Shown here: in pieces, positions 29,297-39,136 of the stretch
How the letters are laid out: every line of letters begins with the position of its first letter
How positions within the stretch are numbered: the stretch's first letter is position 1
Translations under genes and position numbers: made by a program
The notes under the pieces: generated by a model
Databases searched by the model: none
What the model was told of the DNA's origin: nothing
The model's input: the letters and a program-made list of their open reading frames with translations, nothing else
Assembly (NCBI GenBank): GCA_017454105.1
Contig: JAFTDR010000203.1
Location: 2,529-66,528, forward strand
Length of the DNA: 64,000 nt
Direction of reading: 5' to 3'
Origin: Desulfovibrionaceae bacterium
GTDB lineage: Bacteria; Desulfobacterota; Desulfovibrionia; Desulfovibrionales; Desulfovibrionaceae

Positions 29297-31546
29297 TTGT
29301 ACACATTGAAAAGTGAGCATATTCTCGAAGGGCAGGCGGAACTCTGCGCCGCCCTGGCTTCTGTCTGTAAATTCAAGGGCTATACCCTCTATTTTCCGCG
29401 ATCTGGAGGCGAGGCTGGGCCGCAGCTTCTGCCACGAGAGCGCAAGCTTCTTTTGCCGCTCATCTGGCATAAGGAACTCTTGGGCGTTCTTGTTCTCCAA
29501 AACATTGTGAGCCGGCAGATCCGGCCCATTCTTCCCGCTCTTCCCGCCATAATTGAGCTGACACTTGAAAAAATGGCCCTTGCCCGTGAGCTGGCCACAG
29601 ATCCTGTGACAGGCCTTCTGCGCGAGCAGTCCCTCTATGCCTGGATGGAGGAAGAGTGCGCCATCGCGAAGGCCCCAGACAATTTGGGCAAGGATCTTGC
29701 CGCTGTTCCGGCCTACAAGCTCTGTATGGGGCTCATCCTTCTGCGCATATTTAATGGCGAGGAGATTGTCATGCGCTGCGGCGCGCGGTTCACAGATTCC
29801 CTTCTTGCCGAATGCGCGGACGCGCTGCGCAGTCAGTGCGGATCCGGCTGCCTTGTGCGCTCGGACAGGTATGAATTTGGTTTTCTTTTTCAGGCAACCG
29901 GCAGAGAAAAATGTCGGCAAAAAGCCGAAACGCTTCTTGCCGCTGTCAATGCCCTGTCCTTTGTCAATCCACTGACCCGCCAGTCCGTACACCCCCTCTT
30001 TGGGGCAGGTTTCGCCTACTACCCGCATGACATGCGCGGCTACGAACTGCAGTTTCCAATCTATGAGCAGGCCACAATTCTTAGGCGCCGCGTCTCTCTT
30101 GCCTGCGATGTCGCCTCAACCGGGCGCTGTGTCGCCTATACTGAGATCGTCAAGAAAGGCGGCCGGATTACCCAGGTCTATCCGCTTGGCCGCTTCCGCA
30201 TTAATCTTGGCCGAAGGATGGGCGTGCGCAACGGCATGCGTTTTGCGGTTTTTGGCATGGGAGATGAGCGGGCCTGTAAGGGGGATCTGACCATTGTCCA
30301 AGTCGGGAAACGCGATGCCATAGCCGAGGTCGGCTACCTGGAAAAGCCAGGAGAGCTGCCTGAGGCCGGCGATACCCTGCTCTATCTGAATGAAAAGCGT
30401 CCTGTAGGCGAGGAGAGTCTTGAGAGTCCCGCAGTCTTTTCAGAAAAGCTGGCTTTGGAGAGTGCGGAGAGTTCTGTCTTTTCCCTGGCCATGGTGCATG
30501 TCGAGGGACGGGAGGATCTGCCGCTTGAGGAGGCGGTTACAAAGGCGCTTTGCGTATGGACTGAAATCTTTCCAGACACGCCCGCGCCCACACGGCACAG
30601 CCCAAACGTACTCGCCGCTTTCCACAGCGAGGTTATGGCCTGCGACCTGCAAAAACGTTACAGAACACTGTGCGAGCGCTTATCCGCTCAAATGATTCCC
30701 GCAGCCTGCGGGATTGCCGGCTATCCCTTCCTCTCATTTCTTCGAAGCGAAATCCCAGATTTAGCTGTGAAGGCTGTCGAGTACGCGCTCCTTTTGCCTG
30801 AGCCACGAGTCGGCCTCTGCGATTCGATCGCTTTCACCATCAGTGCCGACAAAAGAATGAGTCTTGACGATTTGTTCGGGGCGCTTGAGGAATACAAGAT
30901 CGCCCTAACACTCGATGAGAATAACGACATGGCCTGGAATTCCATGGGTGTCTGCATGGCGGCTCTTGGCAGAAGAGAGGAGGCGCGACGCCATTTTCTT
31001 GAGGCTTTAACCCGCATACAAGAAGACGACCGGCGTGCGCAGATTCTCTACAATCTGGGCACTGTGAGCCAGTCGCTGAATGATACGGAGGGGGCGCGCA
31101 AGTACTTTAGCGAGTGCGTGGAAAAGGATCCTGACCATTTGTACGCCTGGATCCGTCTTGGGCAGATGTTTGAGGAGGCGGGCGACCTGGATGCGGCCTG
31201 GCGGCATTTTAAACGCGGCTCAGATATCGAGAGCAAGGGGGAAAATAGCTCAAGTCTTGCGAGACAAAATCTTGCGCGCTTGGCTGTCAAGACGCATCGC
31301 GAAGATCTTGCCCGCTCTATTCTGCAGCGGGGCCTGCGCTTAAATCCAGAGGATTCGGCGGCCATGCTCATGCTTGCGCGCATTTATCTCGATTGCGGGG
31401 AGAATCCTGAACTTGCCGAAGCCCTTGCCCGCAAAAGTCTGGCCATTAATGAATCGAAAAAGGCCTGGCATATTCTTGCCGAAGCCCTTCGCGCCCTTGA
31501 TCGTGTCGATGAAGCGAACCGCGCAGACGCGCAGGCGCTCTCATAG
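29297..31546 (+). CDS. Degenerate GGDEF-like domain plus TPR repeat protein
   Basis: TDPVTGLL (GGDEF N-motif) but RSDRYEF in place of RYGGDEF; C-terminal TPRs (AWNSMGVC...ILYNLG...AWIRLG); start uncertain. Confidence 0.75.
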   Translation: MYTLKSEHILEGQAELCAALASVCKFKGYTLYFPRSGGEAGPQLLPRERKLLLPLIWHKELLGVLVLQNIVSRQIRPILPALPAIIELTLEKMALARELATDPVTGLLREQSLYAWMEEECAIAKAPDNLGKDLAAVPAYKLCMGLILLRIFNGEEIVMRCGARFTDSLLAECADALRSQCGSGCLVRSDRYEFGFLFQATGREKCRQKAETLLAAVNALSFVNPLTRQSVHPLFGAGFAYYPHDMRGYELQFPIYEQATILRRRVSLACDVASTGRCVAYTEIVKKGGRITQVYPLGRFRINLGRRMGVRNGMRFAVFGMGDERACKGDLTIVQVGKRDAIAEVGYLEKPGELPEAGDTLLYLNEKRPVGEESLESPAVFSEKLALESAESSVFSLAMVHVEGREDLPLEEAVTKALCVWTEIFPDTPAPTRHSPNVLAAFHSEVMACDLQKRYRTLCERLSAQMIPAACGIAGYPFLSFLRSEIPDLAVKAVEYALLLPEPRVGLCDSIAFTISADKRMSLDDLFGALEEYKIALTLDENNDMAWNSMGVCMAALGRREEARRHFLEALTRIQEDDRRAQILYNLGTVSQSLNDTEGARKYFSECVEKDPDHLYAWIRLGQMFEEAGDLDAAWRHFKRGSDIESKGENSSSLARQNLARLAVKTHREDLARSILQRGLRLNPEDSAAMLMLARIYLDCGENPELAEALARKSLAINESKKAWHILAEALRALDRVDEANRADAQALS

Positions 31547-31555
31547 CCAAAGAGA

Positions 31556-32149
31556 TTACGCCCGTGCGGCATCGCCGCGCAGACGCAGACACGTTTCGCC
31601 AAGTTCGCGCAGACTTGCGTCCTCTGGAATTTTTTTCAGTCCTTCACGGATATAGCCAAGAGCCCTGCCGTATTCTTTGCAGTCCATGTACAGGCGGGCT
31701 ATCACAAGAAAAATCGAGTGTTCGTCACGGTAGTTCTTTAAGGCTTCCGTGAAGGATGCCTCAGCCTCCCGCATCTGCCCGCGGGCGAGATAGTTTTTTG
31801 CATCCCTGATTGCGCTGTCAATGCGCAGTTTCCGATCGGCAGCTTCTTCGAAGGTCTCCTCGCTCTGCTTGCCAATCAGTGTTTGGTAGACGCGGGCGAG
31901 AAGAATCACAATCTCCCGCTCCGCGCCGGCCTTGTAGATAATGGGCTGGGTATAGATTTTTTTGAACTGGGGATCGGCGGTTGCGGCATTGAGCGCTTCG
32001 CGGAAATCGGTGCGCATATCCGTTGGGAAGCGCTGACCATTGAGTTCTTTAACCGAGCTTATAAGCAGCAAAAGCGCTGTTTTCAAATCGCGTCGCTGAC
32101 AACTTGTCTTGACGCGGCCGAGATCTTCACGAATTTTCCGGGCGTTCAC
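31556..32149 (-). CDS. TPR-like hypothetical protein
   Basis: GTG start with AGAGG RBS (VNARKIREDLGR); helical repeats EAEASFTEAL...ALGYIREGL. Confidence 0.7.
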   Translation of the reverse strand: MNARKIREDLGRVKTSCQRRDLKTALLLLISSVKELNGQRFPTDMRTDFREALNAATADPQFKKIYTQPIIYKAGAEREIVILLARVYQTLIGKQSEETFEEAADRKLRIDSAIRDAKNYLARGQMREAEASFTEALKNYRDEHSIFLVIARLYMDCKEYGRALGYIREGLKKIPEDASLRELGETCLRLRGDAARA

Positions 32150-32654
32150 AAAACACCTCTCTGTGTTGCAAAAAGACCATTCTTTCCGTATGAGAGAGAC
32201 AACTGCTATCTGATGAAAAAAGTGCCTCGAGTTCGCGATGCTGAAAGACTGCAAGAATGCGCCCATCTGGGCGAGAAAACTGTCCCTGCGCTTGTCGCCA
32301 AAACGCGGAGTCACTTTTGTCCGCTGCCTGTTCGCTTTTGAGCCAGAGCCAGTCTCGTACTCCAACCTCGAAGAAAGTGCGAGGTTCTGCCCTTACTCTG
32401 GAATGGACAGCACACAGCGCACGCACTGTTATCCTAAAGAAATACAGGGGCATTTCTTGCTTGAGAATTCCTAAGCCAGAAAATGCTCATTTTTGAGGAC
32501 ATTGTAGGCCACACTATCCCCTGGCGATTCTTCTCGCACATTTGGACGCTGTCCCCGAGTCCAGGTGGGAGTCCAGGCGCCTGTGCGCTCAAAGCTCACA
32601 AAGTTTATGTTCTTTGCCGATGTATAGCAAGTCCCGTTCGGAGTGGTGATTGTC

Positions 32655-33734
32655 ATGGCTCGCATTCTTTATGGTATCCACGGCACAGGTCACGGCCACG
32701 CCATGCGCGGGCTCACCATAGCCCGCATGTTCAGGGAACACGAATTTCTCTTTGTCACAAACGACGACGCCCCGGCGGTTCTTGAGCCTGAATTTCCCGT
32801 GTACCGCATCCCAAACCTGGGCACGGTCTTCTCGAACTATGCCGTGGATATGCGGCGCACTATTCTGCGTGCGCTTCCCACTCTCTGGAATAGAAAGCGC
32901 ATTCTTAAGAATCTTGCAGAGTGCGTCCGCGATTTCATGCCGACTGTGTGCATGACAGATCTTGAGTACTTTGTTCCGCAGGCGGCCCGCTTCTTTGATC
33001 TACCCTGTCTGACCCTTGATCATCAGCATATCATAACCGTATGCCGCCACGATCTGCCGCCAAGACTTTGGTGGGACGCCTTTCTCCAGGGCCTGACCCC
33101 CAAGTATCTTTTTAGGCCAACCGATCCTGCGCTGATTGTCTCCTTTTATGCCCCACCCCTTCTGCCAAAGAGCCGGGCGCGCATTGTGCCCCCGCTTCTG
33201 CGCAAAAGAGTTCTGGCAGCTAAGCCGGAAGAGGGCGAGCATATTCTTGTCTATCAGAGTAATTCTACCCACGCGGCCCTTATTCCTTTTCTTAAACAAG
33301 TCACACAGCGCACCTGCTATGTCTACGGCTATCCCAAACGCCAGGAAAAGAGCGGAAACATTGTCTTTATGGAAAAAAGCGAGGACGGCTTTCTTGACCA
33401 TTTGCGCACAGCTGCCTACGTCATTCAGGGGGGAAGCCACACACTGATGAGCGAGGCCTTTTTCTTAGGAAAACCCGTGCTGTCCCTTCCTGTGTCCGCC
33501 ATGGTTGAACAGCGCTTTAATGCCCTCTATCTCGAACGTCTTGGTTTTGGGATGCAGGCCAGTATGGCTGAGCTTTCCCCGTCTCTTTTTGCGCGCTTTG
33601 AAGAGCGTCTGCCAGAGTTTCGCAGGGCACTTCTTTTGGCCGCGCACGAGGAGAGACTCTGCGGAAACGCGCTGATTGGCCGGCTTGTGGGATCCTTTAT
33701 TGAGACGCAAAATCCTTTGTCTGTCTACGAATGA
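32655..33734 (+). CDS. GT-B glycosyltransferase family protein (MJ1255/VC2487-like)
   Basis: YGIHGTGHGHAMR, TDLEYF, LDHQH, GGSHTLMSEA...KP...EQ..NA. Confidence 0.8.
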   Translation: MARILYGIHGTGHGHAMRGLTIARMFREHEFLFVTNDDAPAVLEPEFPVYRIPNLGTVFSNYAVDMRRTILRALPTLWNRKRILKNLAECVRDFMPTVCMTDLEYFVPQAARFFDLPCLTLDHQHIITVCRHDLPPRLWWDAFLQGLTPKYLFRPTDPALIVSFYAPPLLPKSRARIVPPLLRKRVLAAKPEEGEHILVYQSNSTHAALIPFLKQVTQRTCYVYGYPKRQEKSGNIVFMEKSEDGFLDHLRTAAYVIQGGSHTLMSEAFFLGKPVLSLPVSAMVEQRFNALYLERLGFGMQASMAELSPSLFARFEERLPEFRRALLLAAHEERLCGNALIGRLVGSFIETQNPLSVYE

Positions 33735-33784
33735 GCCTGGGACTCGCCACAAGAGAGTGCGTATTGGCTTCGCCAAGTCCCGTG

Positions 33785-33904
33785 TATACAAAGCTCGGAC
33801 CGCACATTAATTTTCCGCAGAACGCTTCGAGCTAGGGGAAAATCTTTATGAGGCTGAGTATACGTCGTACAGCAGAGTTCTGCGTACAAGAAGCACACGA
33901 ACTT
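33785..33904 (+). mobile_element. MITE family C copy (internally deleted) followed by module D
   Basis: CGCACATTAATTTTCCGCAGAACGCTTCGAGCTAGGGGAAAATCTTTATGAGGCTGAGTATA, then GTACAGCAGAGTTCTGCGTACAAGAAGCACACGAACTT. Confidence 0.75.
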
Positions 33905-34017
33905 TGGTGAGCCAGTACGAGAGGTTTTTGTCTGTATTGTCAGAGAACAACGATTTTTTACTTAAAAAAGGAGGCGGCGTCTTCTTCCCAATTTGGGAAC
34001 GCAACGCTGAAGAGCTC

Positions 34018-35244
34018 ATGAATGCGGTCATTTCAAAATACGTTTCGGTGAGCCTTATTGCGCGCATTGCCATCGGCATGGTTGTGGGGGCAGTACTTGG
34101 GCTTATTCTCCCCTCATTGCGCGGAATCGGCATTTTAGGCGACTTCTTTGTCGGGGGACTGAAAGGCGTAGCCCCGGTCCTGGTTTTCATTCTTGTTTTG
34201 AACTCTCTTGCGAACGCGCGACAGCTTGCCGGCGGACGCTTCAAAACAGTAACCAAGCTCTACCTGCTCGCCACCTTTTTTGCCGCCTGTACAGCGGTCG
34301 TTGGCAGTTTTCTCTTTCCTTTGACCATTCAGCTTGATTTAGCGGGGGCCACGACCACTCCTCCTGGCGGCCTTGGTGAGATCCTGGGGAATCTCTTTGC
34401 CAAAATGGTTGAGAATCCCATTTTGGCCCTCTCCAGGGGCGATTATGTCGGCATTCTTTTTTGGGCCATTGTCTTTGGTCTCTGTCTTAAGAAGTTCGCA
34501 AAACCCGAGACACTGACCTTTATGGCCGATCTCTCATCCATGGTTTCCGACGCTGTCCGCGTGGTCATTGAATTTGCTCCCTTCGGCATCTGCGGTCTCA
34601 TGTTTAGCGTTGTGTCGGAAAACGGCCTGGCGATCTTTGTCAACTACGGAAAGCTGCTCCTTCTTCTTGTTGGCTGCATGCTCGTTGTGGCTTTGGTGGT
34701 TGATCCGCTTATCGTCTTTTTCTTTACCAGGGAAAATCCCTATCCCCTTGTCCTGCGCTGCCTGCGTGAGAGCGGGGTTACGGCCTTCTTCACTCGGAGT
34801 TCCGCCGCAAATATCCCGATCAATATGAGTCTTTGTAAGAAGCTGGGCCTTGATCCAGACTTCTACTCTGTTTCCATTCCTCTTGGCGCAACAATCAATA
34901 TGGGCGGCGCGGCCGTCACAATCACGGTCATGACCCTGGCTGTCGCAAATACGATGGGCGTTCACCTCGATTTTTCGACAACAGTCATGCTTTCTTTCCT
35001 GTCAACTCTTGGTGCCTGTGGTGCATCGGGCGTTGCTGGAGGCTCCCTTTTGCTCATCCCCATGGCCTGCTCCCTTTTTGGCATTATCAATGATATCGCT
35101 ATGCAGGCGGTTGCCGTCGGTTTTGTTATCGGCGTTGTGCAGGATTCGGTTGAGACAGCCATTAACTCAAGCACGGACGTTATTTTCACCGCAACGGCCG
35201 AGACCTATAAGCGCAGAACTGGGAAAAAAGAAGAGTCCGCGTAA
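34018..35244 (+). CDS. sstT: Serine/threonine transporter SstT
   Basis: LKGVAPVLVF, FFTRSSAANIPIN, PLGATINMGGAA, GASGVAGGSLLLIPMAC, QDSVETAINSSTD. Confidence 0.92.
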   Translation: MNAVISKYVSVSLIARIAIGMVVGAVLGLILPSLRGIGILGDFFVGGLKGVAPVLVFILVLNSLANARQLAGGRFKTVTKLYLLATFFAACTAVVGSFLFPLTIQLDLAGATTTPPGGLGEILGNLFAKMVENPILALSRGDYVGILFWAIVFGLCLKKFAKPETLTFMADLSSMVSDAVRVVIEFAPFGICGLMFSVVSENGLAIFVNYGKLLLLLVGCMLVVALVVDPLIVFFFTRENPYPLVLRCLRESGVTAFFTRSSAANIPINMSLCKKLGLDPDFYSVSIPLGATINMGGAAVTITVMTLAVANTMGVHLDFSTTVMLSFLSTLGACGASGVAGGSLLLIPMACSLFGIINDIAMQAVAVGFVIGVVQDSVETAINSSTDVIFTATAETYKRRTGKKEESA

Positions 35245-35262
35245 AGCGGGAGTCGCAAGCAA

Positions 35263-35296
35263 AGGCGGGTGTACGTACGCACACCCGCCTTCTTTT
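35263..35296. terminator. Intrinsic terminator between convergent sstT and ilvA
   Basis: AGGCGGGTGT-ACGTACGC-ACACCCGCCT followed by TCTTTT. Confidence 0.8.
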
Positions 35297-35406
35297 CCTG
35301 TTTCAAAAACAATCTGCTTGTCTTACGGCGTCACAGCGAAGTTGATCCTTGTTGCTTCCTGTATGGCTTTCCAGGGAAAAGGGTACATCAGCGGCCGGGT
35401 ATACGT

Positions 35407-36948
35407 TTAGGCTGTGTGCCAGCTGATAAAAAGCTTATAGGCCGGGTTTTCCGTCTCATCGATGTGTGAGAAGCCCATGGCCGCAACCCGATCAAGAAAT
35501 TCTTGAAAGGCCTGCTTTTTCTCCTCTGAGACATCAAAACCCATAAGAACGCGTCCGAAATCGGCGCCGTGGTAGCGGTACTGGAAGAGGGTTATGCTGA
35601 ATTCTGTCTGCATGGCGTCTATGAAGTTGAGCAGGGCGCCTGGACGTTCAGGGAAGAAGAAACGTAAGATGCGTTCGTGGCTTATATTGGGGGCATTGCC
35701 GCCGACAAGGTGGCGGATGTGGAGTTTGGCGAGTTCGTTATCGCTCAAATCGATGGCTGAGAAGCCTTTTTCTTTTAGGTCGGCAAGCACTTCCGCCACA
35801 TCGTCCCGTCCCTGGATTTTGATGCCAAGTAAAACGCGCGCCTGGATGGGATCGACAGAGCGTGTGCAGAGTTCAGTGATATTGCGATTGCCAAGAGCGG
35901 CGATAAAGTGGCGGAAACTGCCGATTTCTTCGGGTATAGTCACAGCAAGCAGGGCTTCGCGTCCTGCGCCAAGCTCGCTTCGGTCAACCACATAGGAGAG
36001 CCGATCAAAATTCATATTGGCGCCGCTCACGATTGCGACAAGATGGCTGTCCTGGACAGCGTTCGCTCGGACATAGGCCTTTAATCCGGCAAGGGAGAGA
36101 GCGCCTGCCGGCTCTGCGACAATGCGCGTGTCCTCAAAAACGTCTTTGATTGCGCCGCAGATGGCGTCGGTTCCGACTGTGACAATGTCATCGAGCATGT
36201 CACGGCAGATGGCGAAGGTCTCCTCACCCACCTGCTTAACCGCGACACCGTCGGCAAAAAGGCCGACATCCTGCATGACAATGGGGTAGCCGGCCTCGAT
36301 TGAACGGCGCATTGCGTCGGAATCAGTTGGCTCAACACCGATGACCTTGATCTCGGGTCGAAGTTGTTTGATATAGACGGCAATGCCGGCTGCAAGGCCT
36401 CCCCCGCCAATAGGCACAAAGACAGCGTTAATGGGATCGGGATGCTGGCGTATGATTTCCATGCCTATTGTTCCTTGGCCAGCTATGACATCAGGATCCT
36501 CGAAGGGGGGGATAAAGATTGCGCCTGTCTGGCGGATAAGTTCCTGGGTGTGCTGCCAGGCGTCGCTGAACGATTCGCCAAAAAGGACAACCTGACCACC
36601 AAGGCGGCGCACGGCGTTGACCTTGATTGCCGGCGTTGTGACAGGCATGACAATGGTCGCATCGCAGCCAAGGCGCCTTGCTGATAGGGCAACGCCCTGG
36701 GCGTGGTTGCCGGCAGAGGCTGCGATAACGCCTCTGTGGAGTTCCTCTGCCGAGAGGCGCGCCATTTTATTGTACGCGCCTCTCAGCTTGAAAGAAAAGA
36801 CAGGCTGCAGATCCTCGCGTTTTAGAAAAACTGTGTTGCGCAGACGGCGCGAGAGGTTTTCCGCTTTTTCAAGCGGGGTCTCACAGGCGACGTCATAGAC
36901 TCTGCTTAAGAGAACGCGGTTCAGATATTCACTATATCGGGCGTGCAT
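35407..36948 (-). CDS. ilvA: Threonine ammonia-lyase, biosynthetic
   Basis: KREDLQPVFSFKLRGAYNK, SAGNHAQG, GGGGL, SGANMNF; two ACT domains (PERPGAL). Confidence 0.95.
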   Translation of the reverse strand: MHARYSEYLNRVLLSRVYDVACETPLEKAENLSRRLRNTVFLKREDLQPVFSFKLRGAYNKMARLSAEELHRGVIAASAGNHAQGVALSARRLGCDATIVMPVTTPAIKVNAVRRLGGQVVLFGESFSDAWQHTQELIRQTGAIFIPPFEDPDVIAGQGTIGMEIIRQHPDPINAVFVPIGGGGLAAGIAVYIKQLRPEIKVIGVEPTDSDAMRRSIEAGYPIVMQDVGLFADGVAVKQVGEETFAICRDMLDDIVTVGTDAICGAIKDVFEDTRIVAEPAGALSLAGLKAYVRANAVQDSHLVAIVSGANMNFDRLSYVVDRSELGAGREALLAVTIPEEIGSFRHFIAALGNRNITELCTRSVDPIQARVLLGIKIQGRDDVAEVLADLKEKGFSAIDLSDNELAKLHIRHLVGGNAPNISHERILRFFFPERPGALLNFIDAMQTEFSITLFQYRYHGADFGRVLMGFDVSEEKKQAFQEFLDRVAAMGFSHIDETENPAYKLFISWHTA

Positions 36949-37132
36949 GATACATTTCTCTCCTCTTAAAAAAAGCATAAGACCGTAAAGAACTTGGGAC
37001 TGAAAAGACGTACGCTGGGCTTTCTTGCGTTACACACAAAAGGCCGATTTGCTTTTGTACTCCACAGGCCTTTGCAATACAATGCCAAAAAGCGGGTGTT
37101 TGCCTGACGTCTTTTGTCTTTCGCTTTTCACC

Positions 37133-37300
37133 CAAGTTTGAGAGGCTCTTTGTACGCAGAACTGTATGCTGGAGGATCCCCAGCTCTTTGTTCACACGTG
37201 TCGCTTTTCATTCGCATTCTACTCAGCCTCATAAAGATTTTCCCCTAGGTGAACGATGTCAGAGTGTAACTCTAAGCGTTATGCGGAAAATCAATGCGCA
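37133..37300 (-). mobile_element. MITE family C copy plus module D (reverse orientation)
   Basis: ACTCAGCCTCATAAAGATTTTCCCCTAGG...GCGGAAAATCAATGCG; TTGTACGCAGAACTGT at 37150. Confidence 0.7.
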
Positions 37301-38038
37301 TGGCACGTATGCGTTGAAACTCCCAATGCATAACGCGACCGTAGGCGAATTAAGCCAAGAAGAATTGTATAGCCTAAACTATTCATCATCTGTAACGAAA
37401 ACCGAGCTTTGAGAGATTTTCCATGAAAATCGGGTAGGGAGCTAAGAACTCCGCTCCCGTACGTGCGGCGACGCAACGCTCGTCGCATACGGCGTTTCCC
37501 TTTGAAACCTGCAGTCCCGCTATGCGTCGCTTGCGGCGATTTCGACATCTTGTCTTAATTTGCATCCTCTCTTAATTTGCATCCTCGCGTATGCTGGACA
37601 AAACAAACCGACCAGACACCAGAGTCCCCCAAAGAGCCTACAATCAACGCATGTGCTGCCTGGTACCGAGAATCAGCTATCGAGATGTGATGGAGGATTT
37701 TCTCTTGTATCCCTGAGGGGGGCAGGAGCAACGTCGCTATGACGCGCAGACTCAAAGAAACTGGACGGACAGCCGAGACTCATCTGCTACTCTCAAACAG
37801 AAATGACTGTCACAAGAGATCTCTATTCATTGCTTGAGTTTCAGAGCAATGTCTCACAAGAGATGCTTTATCGCCTACCGCGCGCTGTTTGACGAAAAAA
37901 AACTGCATTGCTTCTCCCGATTGTCATCTACAATGGTGATACGCCTTGGTCTGCGATCCGTGCAATGAGAGAGATTCACGACCCTGACTATTTTGTAGTA
38001 GACATAGGTCGGCTTGACCCTAAGCTACTTAAACAGGA

Positions 38039-38141
38039 TATACTCGAGTCAGAAAAAAAATGCCTTCATACGTGACCTGTGATTTCAGGCATTGCGCTTT
38101 TCTAGCTTAACGATGGCAACTTTTTTCCCGACCGCAGTATA
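38039..38141 (+). mobile_element. MITE family A copy with divergent core
   Basis: TATACTCGAGTCAGAAA...GGCAACTTTTTTCCCGACCGCAGTATA, 103 bp. Confidence 0.75.
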
Positions 38142-38298
38142 GTTTGTTTGGAAGATTGTTTAGGCAGAAACGAGTGAAGGATGAAAAAAAGGATATCGCA
38201 GCTCAATTTCGGGGGAATTGGCGAGGATTTTGTGTGGGTGGAAAGAGTTGGTCTTAAACTGGTGACGGGTGAAATCTTCCTTCCCAACATCGTAGGAA

Positions 38299-38568
38299 GT
38301 GCGAGGTTCCGCTGTTGATGACGAAAGCGAGTATAAACGTTTGAAGAGAGATGCCACACAATGTGACGCTATTCATGAACTGGCGGAGTTGGGTACTATG
38401 TTGGAGAACGTATTGCCTGATTGGGAAGCGAAAGTTGAAAAAAGAGCAAAAAATGAAATTGCTAAAAATCTCTTAAAAATTGGTATTGCAATAGATAAGA
38501 TTATGGAGGCAACTGGTTTGTCACAACAAGACATCCTGGCATTAAAAAGTGAAACAACTAATGCTTAA
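38299..38568 (+). pseudogene. C-terminal remnant of an Rpn (recombination-promoting nuclease / transposase_31-like) gene; internal ORF 38398..38568
   Basis: EIAKNLLKIGIAIDKIMEATGLSQQDI is the typical Rpn tail; no PD-(D/E)XK domain upstream; AT-rich. Confidence 0.65.
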
Positions 38569-38924
38569 ATTGTAGAAGAGTGAGCTTAAATCAAGGTATT
38601 CGCTCGCAGGGGGAAGGTAGAATGGAGGGAAGATAGAATGGGGGGCCGCCTCATTGAAGCTTCGCTGCGATTTCTCTTCTGTTTGAGCCTCTGACAGGAG
38701 TCTTTTGTACTGAACCTGATACTCTCTTAAGCGTACGTTCCTTTCGATAGGGTATTACAATTCGAGAAGTTGATTGCAATGAGTGCCACACCGCACTGCG
38801 AGAGTATCTGGCCTCTCTGCCATAAACTCCTCCAGTCTCTTGCAATCAACCAGTAGAATCGTAATACGTAAGCGTATTGACCCTTTTGACTCCAATCCTA
38901 AACTCTTCACCATTGTGAACTTTG

Positions 38925-38966
38925 CATTGTCAACTCAAAGCGACAATTTTTTTTTCTGACCGCAGT
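38925..38966 (+). mobile_element. MITE family A right-end fragment upstream of trmD
   Basis: CAACTCAAAGCGACAATTTTTTTTTCTGACCGCAGTG. Confidence 0.75.
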
Positions 38967-39136
38967 GCTACTTTGCATCACGGGAAGAATCACTGTGATA
39001 CCCGAGTTGAGGCGCGCATGGGACCTCTTGCGGACGTCCAATATGCGTGTACGTGGGCCTAATCGCAGTGAGACCCTTCAGCGTCGTGATTGCGGCCTTT
39101 GGGCAAAAAAAGCCTAGGCCGTAAGGCAGAATTTTC

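Noticed and set aside
37554-37588. 17-bp tandem duplication CTTAATTTGCATCCTCT
   Set aside because: Two copies only; most simply a slippage event.
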